From: a virus
DNA length: 64,000 nucleotides
Strand: one strand, 5' to 3'
Virus record (IMG/VR): IMGVR_UViG_3300042195_000059
Coordinates: 1 to 64,000 of that record
Of the stretch, positions 42,257 through 51,302 are shown piece by piece (the stretch's first letter is position 1; each line of letters begins with the position of its first letter). The translations under genes were made by a program, and so were the position numbers. The notes under the pieces are model-generated. The model was not told the DNA's origin, searched no databases, and saw nothing but the letters and a program-made list of their open reading frames with translations.

Positions 42257-42348
42257 CCGAAACCGATCCAAACGCCTGGGTAATCATAGCCCTGCTTTGC
42301 GTCTGCATTGTTGTCTGGGGGATGGTTTTTTTGAGGCCGATGAAATGA
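42253..42348 (+). CDS. Small TM peptide (31 aa)
   Basis: MTETDPNAWVIIALLCVCIVVWGMVFLRPMK. ATGA overlaps at both ends. Confidence 0.3.
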   Translation: MTETDPNAWVIIALLCVCIVVWGMVFLRPMK

Positions 42349-42857
42349 GACAGGGCGCTCCGCTATCATATCGCTGGTCAGGCGACAGCTTCGAGATCCT
42401 CCCGCGCCATCAGAAGGCGGCAGACGCGGAGTTTGTGATCGGCCAAGTCTACACCTTGGAAGAGGTCAAGGGCCGGTCGCAGGTCAGTCACAACCACTAT
42501 TTTGCAGCGATCCAATCCGGCTGGATGAATTTGCCGGAGCAGGTTGCTGAACGCTTTCCGACGACTGAGCATTTGCGCAAGTGGTGCTTAATTCGTTCTG
42601 GCTACCACGATCAGCGATCCATCGTAGCAGCATCGAAGGCGGAGGCCCGGCGTGTCGCCGCATTCATCAAGCCTATCGACGAGTTCGCCGTCGTTGTCGT
42701 CTCAGAATGCACTGTAACGGTCTACACGGCAAAAAGCCAGAGCAAGAAGGCGATGGGCGCGGCTGATTTTCAGGCATCCAAACAAGCCGTCCTTGATCTG
42801 ATTGCCGAGATGATCGGCGTCGAAACGAAGCAGTTGAAACAGGAGCAAGCAGCATGA
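42345..42857 (+). CDS. Hypothetical protein (170 aa)
   Basis: ATG 42345 (MRQGAPLSYRW..). Confidence 0.45.
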   Translation: MRQGAPLSYRWSGDSFEILPRHQKAADAEFVIGQVYTLEEVKGRSQVSHNHYFAAIQSGWMNLPEQVAERFPTTEHLRKWCLIRSGYHDQRSIVAASKAEARRVAAFIKPIDEFAVVVVSECTVTVYTAKSQSKKAMGAADFQASKQAVLDLIAEMIGVETKQLKQEQAA

Positions 42858-43114
42858 GCAAGCGTTTTTGGATGGTCTGGAATTCGAACGGCCGCGCGCC
42901 GTGTCATCGCCATCTTACCGAAGCTGAGGCGATCAAGGAAGCCGAAAGGCTCATGAACTCATGCGCGCGTGGCGATGATGTCTTCTACGTGCTGGAAGCC
43001 AAGCACCGCATCAAGATTGCAGATCGCCCGGTCGAGAAAGTCGAATTGGCTAATGAGCCGTTCACGGATGAAGAACGCCGGGCGATCGAGCACGATCAGG
43101 AAATTCCATTCTGA
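42854..43114 (+). CDS. Hypothetical protein
   Basis: 86-aa ORF. Confidence 0.4.
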   Translation: MSKRFWMVWNSNGRAPCHRHLTEAEAIKEAERLMNSCARGDDVFYVLEAKHRIKIADRPVEKVELANEPFTDEERRAIEHDQEIPF

Positions 43115-43326
43115 TGACCAGCCGCCGCGCCATCCTCTTCCAAGATCTTGAGGCTGATATAGAGGCCCGTATGCATCCCCTCGAAGCAAAGAGACCGGGA
43201 CGCATCGTTACGGCTGCCTATGTCGCCACGGGCTTTCTGACAGGGATTGGGATGGTGTTCGGCTATCTGTTCGGTCTGGTTTTCATTCTGCCGGTGGCGG
43301 CTGTTTTCAGGAGGGTTAGGCGATGA
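43114..43326 (+). CDS. Small membrane protein
   Basis: ..AAYVATGFLTGIGMVFGYLFGLVFILPVAAVF.. Confidence 0.4.
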   Translation: MTSRRAILFQDLEADIEARMHPLEAKRPGRIVTAAYVATGFLTGIGMVFGYLFGLVFILPVAAVFRRVRR

Positions 43327-43697
43327 CGGAGCGCTGGACGATCCCCGAAGACCGCAAGCCACTGACACGCAAGCAGATTGCTGAGTTGTTCCTACGCCAG
43401 CAAGGGCGCTGCCCGATCTGCACCATGCGCCTCGAAACGAAGGGCCATGAGCCGGTGGAATTCATCGACGAGCACATGGATCCGCTCTGGCGCGGAGGAT
43501 CGAACGAACTGAACAACAGGGCTCTGGTCTGCAAACCTTGCGCCAATGCGAAGACTGTAAAGGAAACCTCAGAGCGCGCCAAGGGCTATCGGGTGAGGGA
43601 TAGATTCATCGGGGCGAAGAAGCCCCGTAACCCAATGCCGGGTTCGCGCAATTCGAAATGGAAAAAACGTATGGATGGGACGGTAGTGCTGAGATGA
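43323..43697 (+). CDS. HNH endonuclease
   Basis: CPIC...DEHMDPLWRGGSNELNNRALVCKPCANAKT. Confidence 0.7.
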   Translation: MTERWTIPEDRKPLTRKQIAELFLRQQGRCPICTMRLETKGHEPVEFIDEHMDPLWRGGSNELNNRALVCKPCANAKTVKETSERAKGYRVRDRFIGAKKPRNPMPGSRNSKWKKRMDGTVVLR

Positions 43698-43915
43698 CCC
43701 CCCTACAATCAATAACCAAGGCTGCATACGAGGCAGAATGGGGACCGGGAAGCTGGGATCTCGTGTCTGAAGATCGCCAGATGGAGCGGTGCCGGTATAT
43801 GAGCGCCGGGTTGATGGCGCTCGCTGCATTCGATTTCAAAGGCCCTCATCTTCTACCCGATGAAGCATTCAAGGCAAGGCTACGCACCATTGCAACGGAG
43901 AACACCGATGGCTGA
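43694..43915 (+). CDS. Hypothetical protein
   Basis: ATG 43694, ATGA overlap. Confidence 0.4.
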   Translation: MTPLQSITKAAYEAEWGPGSWDLVSEDRQMERCRYMSAGLMALAAFDFKGPHLLPDEAFKARLRTIATENTDG

Positions 43916-44294
43916 CGATCCAACAGAAGACGAAAAGCTTCCTGCATTTCTTGAACGCATGGCAGGAGAGACTGGTAGTTTTAAAGCGCTCAGCGTCGGT
44001 GATGCCGCCCGGCTTTGCAGCATTGCCGCAAGCTTCTTCGATCTGGATTGCCAAGCTGCAACGCACGTCGAAAGCGTCATCTGCATGCGCTCCGCTCATT
44101 TTACTGGCGAGCCACCTTACACCGGATGGAAGGGCTTGGGCAAAGCTCTTCGCGAAGATTATGACGACCTTTCAGCGCTAAAGGAAAAGCTGAACGAGGC
44201 GAGGGAAATCATCACCGGACTGCTTGATTTTCCTTTGTCTCCTTCATGGCTTGCCCGCGCCCGCGCTTTCCTGAAGGAGAACGCCAATGGCTGA
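43908..44294 (+). CDS. Hypothetical protein
   Basis: ATG 43908 (MADDPTEDEK..). Confidence 0.4.
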   Translation: MADDPTEDEKLPAFLERMAGETGSFKALSVGDAARLCSIAASFFDLDCQAATHVESVICMRSAHFTGEPPYTGWKGLGKALREDYDDLSALKEKLNEAREIITGLLDFPLSPSWLARARAFLKENANG

Positions 44295-44523
44295 CATGGA
44301 CAAGCTGAGAGCAGACCTCCTTGAAACGATAGCCGACGCCATTGCGGATGAATGGTCAGCAAGACCCGGCTGGCATCAGCATTGTGCGGCTGCCGCTCTC
44401 TCAGCGATAGAATCCGCAGGCTACGTCCTTATGCCTAAGGATCAGATCCTCCGCAAGATGAGCCACGAGGAATTCACCGAGATGGTGGAGCGGATCAGGT
44501 TCAGGGAGAATGCAGATGGCTGA
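44287..44523 (+). CDS. Hypothetical protein
   Basis: 78-aa ORF. Confidence 0.4.
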   Translation: MADMDKLRADLLETIADAIADEWSARPGWHQHCAAAALSAIESAGYVLMPKDQILRKMSHEEFTEMVERIRFRENADG

Positions 44524-45190
44524 TCAGGACAAGACCCCCGGCCAGATCGCATTCGATGCATGGATTGCACATCGGATTGGCGAAGCGACCCATGAAGAAG
44601 AGCTTCTGTGGGGCAATCAACTCACAGAAGACAGATCGATCTGGGAAGCCTCCGCCTCTGCCGTATGGGATCAAGCAGTAGAGGCTTGCATCAGCGCGAT
44701 TTGCGAGGATTGCGCCGAGGGTAAACCTATCAGTTACGGCTATACGCATAAGCGGCTCACGCTGACAAAAGATGTTTACGAGGTCAATTGCCCTGCCGAG
44801 ACCATTCACCTCTTAAAGCGCTCTCACCAGAGCCAGACGGGTACGGATGTTCTGTGTCAGGCGAAATCCTCGACGCAAGGCGAGACCGTATCGCGCGAAG
44901 GCGCTCTTCAATTGGACTTGGTTGCGGAAGCGGAAAAGCGGGAATCGCAGCCAGCATGGATGGAAGCACGCAAGATTATCCATCTGTTGGTCCTCCATTG
45001 CAACGGGCACGTCGATCACTTCGGATCGCATTGTTCGCAATGCAAGGAGGCCACTGCAATCGTCGCCGGACTCATCGCAGCAAATACCCAAGGCCAGATT
45101 GATGAGCCCGGCACGGGCGATGAGATGACCGCTGCAAGTGACGGCGTTTGCCTGACACCAACTATCAATCAGGAGTCGGACAATGGCTGA
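44516..45190 (+). CDS. Hypothetical protein (224 aa)
   Basis: ATG 44516 lies after CAGGGAGA. Confidence 0.4.
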   Translation: MADQDKTPGQIAFDAWIAHRIGEATHEEELLWGNQLTEDRSIWEASASAVWDQAVEACISAICEDCAEGKPISYGYTHKRLTLTKDVYEVNCPAETIHLLKRSHQSQTGTDVLCQAKSSTQGETVSREGALQLDLVAEAEKRESQPAWMEARKIIHLLVLHCNGHVDHFGSHCSQCKEATAIVAGLIAANTQGQIDEPGTGDEMTAASDGVCLTPTINQESDNG

Positions 45191-45413
45191 TCTATCCAGA
45201 GAAGAGATAAAAGACTTGGCCGACGAACACGAACTTTCTGGCAATGCATTTGATATGGATGATGAGCCGCAAGCGGTTGGCCATTGCGTCGTGGAAACGC
45301 CCGTTACTCTCAAGGGGCAGCTCACGCTCATGATTAACGTTCAGGGTCTCACCGCGCATGATTTCCACTGTGATTCATACATCCCGGATACGGCGGAGAA
45401 GACAGATGAATGA
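45183..45413 (+). CDS. Hypothetical acidic protein
   Basis: 76-aa ORF. Confidence 0.4.
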   Translation: MADLSREEIKDLADEHELSGNAFDMDDEPQAVGHCVVETPVTLKGQLTLMINVQGLTAHDFHCDSYIPDTAEKTDE

Positions 45414-45870
45414 CCCCACGCGCAGCGAGCTTCTGGACGAATACTACACCGTTTTGCATCAAGCCCATGCGGCTATGCGGCTTGCCATGAAGGACAGCGG
45501 ACTGTCGAATGAAGAAATTTCCTCGAAACTTGGCAAAGAGACGCCGACACTAAAAACGCTGAGCTTCATGGCAACCGAAATCGGTTGTCGCGTGGAATTG
45601 ATGTTCACTCCGTTCAGCGAAATTGGCAAATCAAAATCCCGGCCGATGGAAGAAGCCCCATTGGATGGAACACCGCTTCTTCTGTTTGCCCGACACCCGG
45701 ATGCTGAAGTCGAAGCACCAATAATCGGAGCATGGCGAGACGGCAATTGGTGGGCTGTACGCTTCATTGGCGAAGCGCCTTGCCGCGTCATCCCGATCGC
45801 ATGGATGCACATACCTGAGTTTACAGACGCGACCCATGCTCCGTTTCACAACCCAGGAGCCGACCAGTGA
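45406..45870 (+). CDS. Hypothetical protein with HTH-like N-terminus
   Basis: ATG 45406 (MNDPTRSELLDEYY..). Confidence 0.4.
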   Translation: MNDPTRSELLDEYYTVLHQAHAAMRLAMKDSGLSNEEISSKLGKETPTLKTLSFMATEIGCRVELMFTPFSEIGKSKSRPMEEAPLDGTPLLLFARHPDAEVEAPIIGAWRDGNWWAVRFIGEAPCRVIPIAWMHIPEFTDATHAPFHNPGADQ

Positions 45871-46166
45871 GCAGATGCCCTGAATGCCAATACCGCAAGA
45901 CCATGGTAGCGGATTCCCGCCCTCGCGATAACTGGAAAATCGTATTTCGCCGGAGACGATGCGCCAAGTGTGGGCACAGGTTCAATACTATCGAGTCATA
46001 CGAAATGGCGGGCGGAAATGTGGTTGGACCGGCCAAGAGGCGCGCGATTGCAGAGGCAAGGCGCGCTTTGCAATCTGGCATTCGCGTGCTCGATGAAATC
46101 GACATCTCCGACGAGATCGCCAGAGGCGCCAGCCAGTTTCAGAATACCGGAGGCGACAATGAGTGA
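45867..46166 (+). CDS. NrdR-like zinc-ribbon protein (no ATP-cone)
   Basis: MSRCPECQYRKTMVADSRPRDNWKIVFRRRRCAKCGHRFNTIE parallels the NrdR N-terminal pattern CPxC..DSR..RRRRxCxxCxxRFTTxE. Confidence 0.55.
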   Translation: MSRCPECQYRKTMVADSRPRDNWKIVFRRRRCAKCGHRFNTIESYEMAGGNVVGPAKRRAIAEARRALQSGIRVLDEIDISDEIARGASQFQNTGGDNE

Positions 46167-46494
46167 CGGCTACCACGATGACGAGGTGCTGACCCAGACG
46201 GAAGCCGCGCGGCGTCTCAAATACTCGGTCCGCTATTTCTCGACACTGGACATTCCCTATATAGGCCGACACAAGGCGAAGCGCTATCGTTGGGGTGACA
46301 TAGCAGCGTGGCAGGAGAGAAATAAAACATGCCCAGCATCTACGTCTTCCGGCGCAAGTGGAAGGACAAGGAAGGCAAGCAGCAAATCGCAAAAGAGTTC
46401 TCCGCAGAGATACGATTCTCAGGCGGTGCCAGATATCTCCGACGTACTGGAGAGACTGAGGAACGGCGCGCAAAAGCGGCTGCCCGCGGCCTAG
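46159..46494 (+). CDS. xis: Excisionase-like (AlpA/MerR-type HTH) protein
   Basis: ATG 46159 lies after GGAGG. ..LTQTEAARRLKYSVRYFSTLDIPYIGRHKAKRYRWGDIAAWQE.. The frame stays open 166 nt into int, so the true 3' end is uncertain. Confidence 0.45.
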   Translation: MSDGYHDDEVLTQTEAARRLKYSVRYFSTLDIPYIGRHKAKRYRWGDIAAWQERNKTCPASTSSGASGRTRKASSKSQKSSPQRYDSQAVPDISDVLERLRNGAQKRLPAA

Positions 46495-47468
46495 CGGCCG
46501 ATATCGAGGCCAAGGAGCTTCCCAGGCGCGGCAAGGAAGTCATGACGCTGGGGAAGATGTTCGCCAAATGGGGGATGGAGAAGGGCAACGAGCTGCGATC
46601 CGGTAAGGACGTTGCTTGGCAGATCGAGAAGCTCATGCAGTTCATTGGAGAAGCTCGCGAGGTCGCGGAAATCGGCAACAAGAATGTAAACGGATTCGTG
46701 CAGGACGCCAAGCTGGCTGGTCACGGCCCCGTCGTAATCAACCGATGCCTTGAGCGGCTGCGCGCCACGATGAACTTTGCGGCGAAGCGTTGGGAAGAAC
46801 CCGTGCGGGTAATCGATTGGAGAGAATTCCGGCAGAAGGAACCGAAGGCGAGAGAAGTTTATCTGTCGCCGCCCGAAGCGCGCAGATTGATGGAGGCGCT
46901 GCCAAAGCATATTGCGCTGGCGTTTGCATTCACGCTGTACACGGGATGTCGTCTGAACGAGATGCAGACGCTTCGATGGGATTGGATCGACTTCGGGCGC
47001 GGCGTGGCTAATGTGATCACGAAAGCTCAGGGCGCGGAGATTGTCACGCGGCTACTGTGGTTGTCCGAAAAGGCTATGCGCGTGCTTCACGGTGTCGGCG
47101 TTCCGCCAGAGATCGAAATCGGCGCATGCGTGCCAATCGAGAGAGTCAGGGTCTTCACGTTGACGAACCGGCGGCGACATTGGGAAGCCGCTCGCAAGAA
47201 GATCGGGCGGGAGGATCTGCACTGGCATGACATCCGCGCAATGACCGCCAGTTGGGCGCGGCAGTACACGCGAGCGGACAACACGCTGATTGCCGAAACG
47301 CTCGGACACTCTGACGTTGAAGTGACAAGAAGATACACGCGCGTCGTGGACAGGGAGATTGTGGAGATGCTGAATCAGTTGCCGGACATCGACGTTGCAG
47401 ATGCCGCGACGGCTGCACCTATCGAATCTACCATCAATCTTATTGACCAGAAGGCGCGGAACACTTAG
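46329..47468 (+). CDS. int: Tyrosine integrase
   Basis: ..YTGCRLNEMQTLRW.., HWHDIRAMTAS and LGHSDVEVTRRYTRV correspond to the R...HxxR...Y catalytic residues. Confidence 0.9.
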   Translation: MPSIYVFRRKWKDKEGKQQIAKEFSAEIRFSGGARYLRRTGETEERRAKAAARGLAADIEAKELPRRGKEVMTLGKMFAKWGMEKGNELRSGKDVAWQIEKLMQFIGEAREVAEIGNKNVNGFVQDAKLAGHGPVVINRCLERLRATMNFAAKRWEEPVRVIDWREFRQKEPKAREVYLSPPEARRLMEALPKHIALAFAFTLYTGCRLNEMQTLRWDWIDFGRGVANVITKAQGAEIVTRLLWLSEKAMRVLHGVGVPPEIEIGACVPIERVRVFTLTNRRRHWEAARKKIGREDLHWHDIRAMTASWARQYTRADNTLIAETLGHSDVEVTRRYTRVVDREIVEMLNQLPDIDVADAATAAPIESTINLIDQKARNT

Positions 47469-47493
47469 AATCGTTGTGAATTAAGGATTTTGT

Positions 47494-47538
47494 TGGTCGG
47501 GGCGGGGTGATTCGAACACCCGACCCTCTGGTCCCAAA
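47494..47538 (-). other. 3' fragment of tRNA-Pro(UGG): att core
   Basis: The minus strand reads TTTGGGA-CCAGA-GGGTC-GGGTG-TTCGAAT-CACCC-CGCCCCG-A-CCA, i.e. anticodon loop to CCA. The 5' anticodon stem, D-arm and 5' acceptor are absent upstream. Confidence 0.7.
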
Positions 47539-47666
47539 ACATAGGGATTGAGGCCAGAACCCTTAGTTTACTAGGGAATTGACAGCGCGAAAGCCGCATA
47601 TTCGCGCAAGAACGGTTCATAAACATACGCATGACTTACCATCAAAAGTGTCATCAAGAAACATCC

Positions 47667-48293
47667 ATGAATGATGTGGCCGACATTCCGCGTTGCGCAG
47701 ATTGCACATCCTATCCGCTCAGCTTCTGCGATCAGGAGCGCTTTTGCCGGACCGTGATGAAGACCGTCTCGTTTATGCGTCCGGCTTGCGACAAGCAGTC
47801 AGAGCGAGCACGGGGGTGGTCGGCCAATGTGGAACTGCTGAAAGTTCAGGTCCGCCGTCGAAGGGTCAATTTGTTGGGCATGCGCATGGAGAGTGCACTA
47901 ACGCGCGCCCATGAACTCGACAAGCAGCGTCAAGTGGATCTTGCCGAGCGTCAGATGGTCGAAGCGTTTCGAGCGGGTCAGTCTGGGGACATTCTTCACA
48001 AGGAGTGGGGCGGGGTCGTTTACTTCGTGCGCTGCGGTGAGTTCATGAAGATCGGGCACACGGCGCATTCAATCAAGAAACGCTTCGACGGGCTGATGAA
48101 TGGAAATCCGTACGAGCTGGATTTGATTGGATTAGTGCGCGGCACCGTTCAATTGGAACGACGCTTTCATGCGCATCTGAAAGAGCATCATCATCGTTTG
48201 GAGTGGTTTCGCATTGATCTGCGATTTATGAGGCGTGCCCGTTTACTGATCACGCGCAACGGTGGGCACTTTTTCGGACAGCACCTGTTCTAA
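47667..48293 (+). CDS. T5orf172 (GIY-YIG-like) domain protein with Cys-rich N-terminus
   Basis: ..GVVYFVRCGEFMKIGHTAHSIKKRFDGLMNGNPYELDLIGLVRG..ERRFHAHLKEHHHRLEWFRID matches the T5orf172 pattern. Confidence 0.65.
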   Translation: MNDVADIPRCADCTSYPLSFCDQERFCRTVMKTVSFMRPACDKQSERARGWSANVELLKVQVRRRRVNLLGMRMESALTRAHELDKQRQVDLAERQMVEAFRAGQSGDILHKEWGGVVYFVRCGEFMKIGHTAHSIKKRFDGLMNGNPYELDLIGLVRGTVQLERRFHAHLKEHHHRLEWFRIDLRFMRRARLLITRNGGHFFGQHLF

Positions 48294-48359
48294 CCGCACG
48301 CGCCATGCTCTCCGTGGGGTAGAGGGGAGCCGCGACTGTTCTGGAGAAAGGAGAGAAGG

Positions 48360-48926
48360 ATGGCAGAAGCCTATCCGTTACATTGGCCCGCCGGTTGGCC
48401 TCGGACACGATCGCCGCAGCGGTCGCGCTTCGACGTGACCTTCGAGAAGGCTCGGCAGGAGCTTGTCTGGGAGATCGAGCGCATGGGCGGCCGCTATCCC
48501 TTGATCTCAACAAACATTGCGTTGCGTCGCGATGGCTATCCCTATGCGAGCGCGAAAGCGCCGGATGATCCTGGCGTCGCCGTCTATTTCCAGAAAGGTG
48601 ACAAGCAGATGGTGTTCGCCTGCGATCGCTGGGATCTGGTAAAGGACAATATCAGAGCGATCACGAAGACGATAGAGGCTTTACGCGGGATTGAGCGCTG
48701 GGGCGCGTCGGACATGATGGAGCGGGCGTTCTCAGCGTTCGAAGCTCTCCCGCCGCCGAGCGACTGGCGCGACACTTTCAAGGGCTGCCGGACGGCTGAC
48801 GACGTGCAGCGGGAGTTCCGCCGCAAGGCCAAGGAATGTCACCCTGACAGCGGCGGCAATAATACGGCGTTCGCGAAGCTCACAGAGCATTATGAACAGG
48901 CAAAACGGGAGATGGCTTCAACATGA
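48360..48926 (+). CDS. J-domain (DnaJ-like) protein
   Basis: C-terminal ..DVQREFRRKAKECHPDSGGNNTAFAKLTEHYEQAK.. carries the HPD tripeptide. Confidence 0.65.
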   Translation: MAEAYPLHWPAGWPRTRSPQRSRFDVTFEKARQELVWEIERMGGRYPLISTNIALRRDGYPYASAKAPDDPGVAVYFQKGDKQMVFACDRWDLVKDNIRAITKTIEALRGIERWGASDMMERAFSAFEALPPPSDWRDTFKGCRTADDVQREFRRKAKECHPDSGGNNTAFAKLTEHYEQAKREMAST

Positions 48927-49177
48927 GCCGGATGTCGTTTGACGATCCTCATGGCACCAGCGACCAAGCGCGTCAGCATCTTCTGGATAACCGGTGCGAG
49001 CACGCCACGAAGCGTCACCGCACTCGCAAGCGTCGCATTAAAGTGAGCGCCAAGAAGAAGGCCCGCGTTGCCCATGTGAACGCTCTATATAAAGCACGGC
49101 AGCGGAAATGGAACAAGGCGGCACGGGACTATTGGCAGGGCAGGCGGGACAGCCATCCATGTGGCGGTGATTGGTGA
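48923..49177 (+). CDS. Hypothetical basic protein
   Basis: 84-aa ORF. Confidence 0.4.
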   Translation: MSRMSFDDPHGTSDQARQHLLDNRCEHATKRHRTRKRRIKVSAKKKARVAHVNALYKARQRKWNKAARDYWQGRRDSHPCGGDW

Positions 49178-49225
49178 CCCCTATTCCAACCCTCTCCCTA
49201 TACGGGGGAGATTGAGAGGATTAAA

Positions 49226-49669
49226 ATGAGCCTCGATGTTTATTTGAACGAAGGCAGCGCGGGACCGGAGCGCTGGGCGATCTTCATTCGTGAAGACGGC
49301 CAGAATAAGGAAATCACGCTGGAGGAATGGAACCGGAGATTTCCGGGGCGTCAGCCAGTGCTGGCGAAAGTCGGCGGCGGCAGCACGATCTACGAAGGCA
49401 ACATCACGCACAATCTCACGGAGATGGCCGAAGCAGCCGGACTTTGCAAGCCACTGTGGCGACCAGAAGAAATCGGCATCGAACGCGCTGAGCAGCTTAT
49501 CGATCCGCTCGAAAGCGGTTTGATCGAACTTCGCGCTGACCCCGACAAATACAAGCCGTTCAATCCTGAAAACGGCTGGGGTCATTATGAACTGCTCGTC
49601 AGATTTGTCGATGACTATCTACAGGCTTGCAAGGAAAATCCTGAAGCCAAGGTTAGCGTTTCACGTTGA
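49226..49669 (+). CDS. Hypothetical protein
   Basis: 147-aa ORF. A small hairpin (CCCTCTCCC..GGGGGAGA) lies upstream. Confidence 0.45.
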   Translation: MSLDVYLNEGSAGPERWAIFIREDGQNKEITLEEWNRRFPGRQPVLAKVGGGSTIYEGNITHNLTEMAEAAGLCKPLWRPEEIGIERAEQLIDPLESGLIELRADPDKYKPFNPENGWGHYELLVRFVDDYLQACKENPEAKVSVSR

Positions 49670-49710
49670 TGATCTGGCGCGGGATATGGCGTCAGCCTGA
49701 TGGAGGGGAA

Positions 49711-49995
49711 ATGAGCGCTTTCAAGCTGGACATAGACGACAGATCAAGAAATGCTGGTCGCTTCATTAGCCGTGTCCGGCGCGAACTTGCCAAAACATTC
49801 ACGATCGAAGTCGCTAAAGGGAATATAACCAAAGATGGCTTGGCAGCAAAGCTTGAAGTTGAATGGTCAACAATTCAGGCCAAGCTCAATGGTGAGGAAG
49901 CCATGTCCTGGCGGGACGTTGCCGACATCGCGTGGGCAATGGGGTGTGAAGTGGTCTTGGAGGTGAAGCCGAAGCCGGAGGAAGGGAAGCTATGA
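49711..49995 (+). CDS. Hypothetical HTH-like protein
   Basis: ATG 49711 lies after GGAGGGG. Confidence 0.4.
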   Translation: MSAFKLDIDDRSRNAGRFISRVRRELAKTFTIEVAKGNITKDGLAAKLEVEWSTIQAKLNGEEAMSWRDVADIAWAMGCEVVLEVKPKPEEGKL

Positions 49996-50246
49996 CCAAC
50001 AGAATTTTAGAACTCGCACAAGCGAAAGCGCAAGCTGAAAATTTCGTCAACATGCTCGGCATGGTGAACACGCCGACAGACCTGAACGAGCGCATCGCGT
50101 CAGACGCCAGATACAGGCTTGCAGTTGACGCCGCTATGAAGGCTGATGCCGAGTATAGGGAAGCTATTTCGAATTTGACGCCGGGGGAGTTGCAGGAGCT
50201 TGCGTTGAACGGTGGCTCCGGGAGTAATGGCGGTCAGGTGAAATGA
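49992..50246 (+). CDS. Hypothetical protein
   Basis: 84-aa ORF. Confidence 0.4.
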   Translation: MTNRILELAQAKAQAENFVNMLGMVNTPTDLNERIASDARYRLAVDAAMKADAEYREAISNLTPGELQELALNGGSGSNGGQVK

Positions 50247-50479
50247 ACGATGATGAAGTGGCCGCAATCGCGGAGCAGCATGACGGCCGGTATTTGATTT
50301 CGCGCTCGGACTGGCGGAATAAGGAAGGCGCATACGATGCGTGCGCCAAGCTGGTTTCCAGTGGACGTGCGCGATGGCTCGGCATCAAGACGTACGCATC
50401 AGAAGGATGCGGCGATCCAGGGCCAGGCATTGAACTGACCCGGCGTCAGGGGCACCTCACCCAATCAGGCGGCGAGTAG
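50243..50479 (+). CDS. Hypothetical protein
   Basis: 78-aa ORF. Confidence 0.4.
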   Translation: MNDDEVAAIAEQHDGRYLISRSDWRNKEGAYDACAKLVSSGRARWLGIKTYASEGCGDPGPGIELTRRQGHLTQSGGE

Positions 50480-50570
50480 CAGGACACTGGCGCGGCAAAG
50501 AGATCATCATCAGCCGCCCAATGCCGTCCCGCATTGAAGATCAGTAGCCCAATCGCTATACTGGCAAATA

Positions 50571-50834
50571 TTACGGCGAAAGCAAGGGTGCGATCGCCTT
50601 TATCCAGTCGATCACTACAGGCAGCGGGGCTTGCATCAGCAACGCGATCCCGCCGCCGATGTACAGTAGCGCCTGAGGCTGCGCCAGCTTGCTGAGGTCG
50701 AGGCGCTTGGGCGCTGGCTTGTGGTCCAGTTGCCCTTTGATCTCGGATAGTTCGTTCAGGATCGCCATGATCAGAACTGCCAAATCGGGATGGTCTTGCC
50801 GGAGCCGCCTCAAACTGTCCTCGATGAAATCCAT
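50571..50834 (-). CDS. Hypothetical protein with hydrophobic C-terminus
   Basis: ATG 50834 (MDFIEDSLRRL..). Confidence 0.35.
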   Translation of the reverse strand: MDFIEDSLRRLRQDHPDLAVLIMAILNELSEIKGQLDHKPAPKRLDLSKLAQPQALLYIGGGIALLMQAPLPVVIDWIKAIAPLLSP

Positions 50835-50971
50835 TCGTCTTCCCCGACTCCGCAATATATTCACTGGTTGTCATGTCTTCGCCTGTTTTTCAGAGTTGAT
50901 TGTTGTCAGCCATTTGGCGAAACCTTCTTTCGTCTTTTGGTCAGCAGCGGCGTCGATGGTCTAGATCGGCG

Positions 50972-51001
50972 TTGCTGCGCTGCTTGTAGTTGGTGTATAA
51001 T
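50972..51001 (+). promoter_or_regulatory. Sigma70-type promoter
   Basis: TTGCTG (50972-50977), an 18-nt spacer, then TATAAT (50996-51001). Confidence 0.45.
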
Positions 51002-51080
51002 CTACGGATGATTCAATCGGTTAAGGAGACTCTCATGACCATGTCCACGCGGGTAGCGCCCGCTTCCAAGGAGATGATCG

Positions 51081-51302
51081 ATGAGAGGACGCGCGTTTCG
51101 CCGTCACAAGGCGTACACGAAGATGATGCGCCGGTTGAAGGAAGATCGTAACGAGCACTATGACGATCTGACCTGCGCCTGCTGGCATGATCCCCGCGCA
51201 ATGGCGCGGTTCAAAGAGCAACCACAAGTTTGCAGCGGTCGCTGTTGCGGCAACCAGCGGAAGCACGAGGGACCGACGATGCAGGAACGCCGCTGGCTTT
51301 AG
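51081..51302 (+). CDS. Small Cys-rich basic protein
   Basis: 73 aa. AAGGAG lies 7 nt upstream of ATG 51081. ..CCGNQRKHEG.. motif. Confidence 0.45.
   Translation: MRGRAFRRHKAYTKMMRRLKEDRNEHYDDLTCACWHDPRAMARFKEQPQVCSGRCCGNQRKHEGPTMQERRWL

Noticed and set aside
47494-47580. Possible complete tRNA-Pro gene
   Set aside because: Only the anticodon loop through the CCA end is present. The sequence where the 5' anticodon stem, D-arm and 5' acceptor (CGGGGCG) should lie does not match. It was therefore called an att-core fragment, not a tRNA gene.
49170-49215. CCCTCTCCC..GGGGGAGA hairpin, with a related CCCTATGGGAGAGGG motif at 51385-51400, as a repeat family
   Set aside because: The matches are short and imperfect, resembling generic GC-rich REP-like hairpins. 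Two loose copies are not enough to call a repeat family.
50446-50874. 142-aa minus-strand ORF
   Set aside because: It is out of frame with, and fully overlaps, the more protein-like 50571-50834 ORF. Its composition is Arg/Ala/Pro-rich.
51035-51151. 38-codon ORF (MTMSTRVAPASKEM..) with an AAGGAG RBS downstream of the 50996 TATAAT box
   Set aside because: It overlaps the 73-aa Cys-rich ORF (51081-51302), which has an equally good RBS and a more protein-like sequence. It could be an upstream leader peptide but has no further support.
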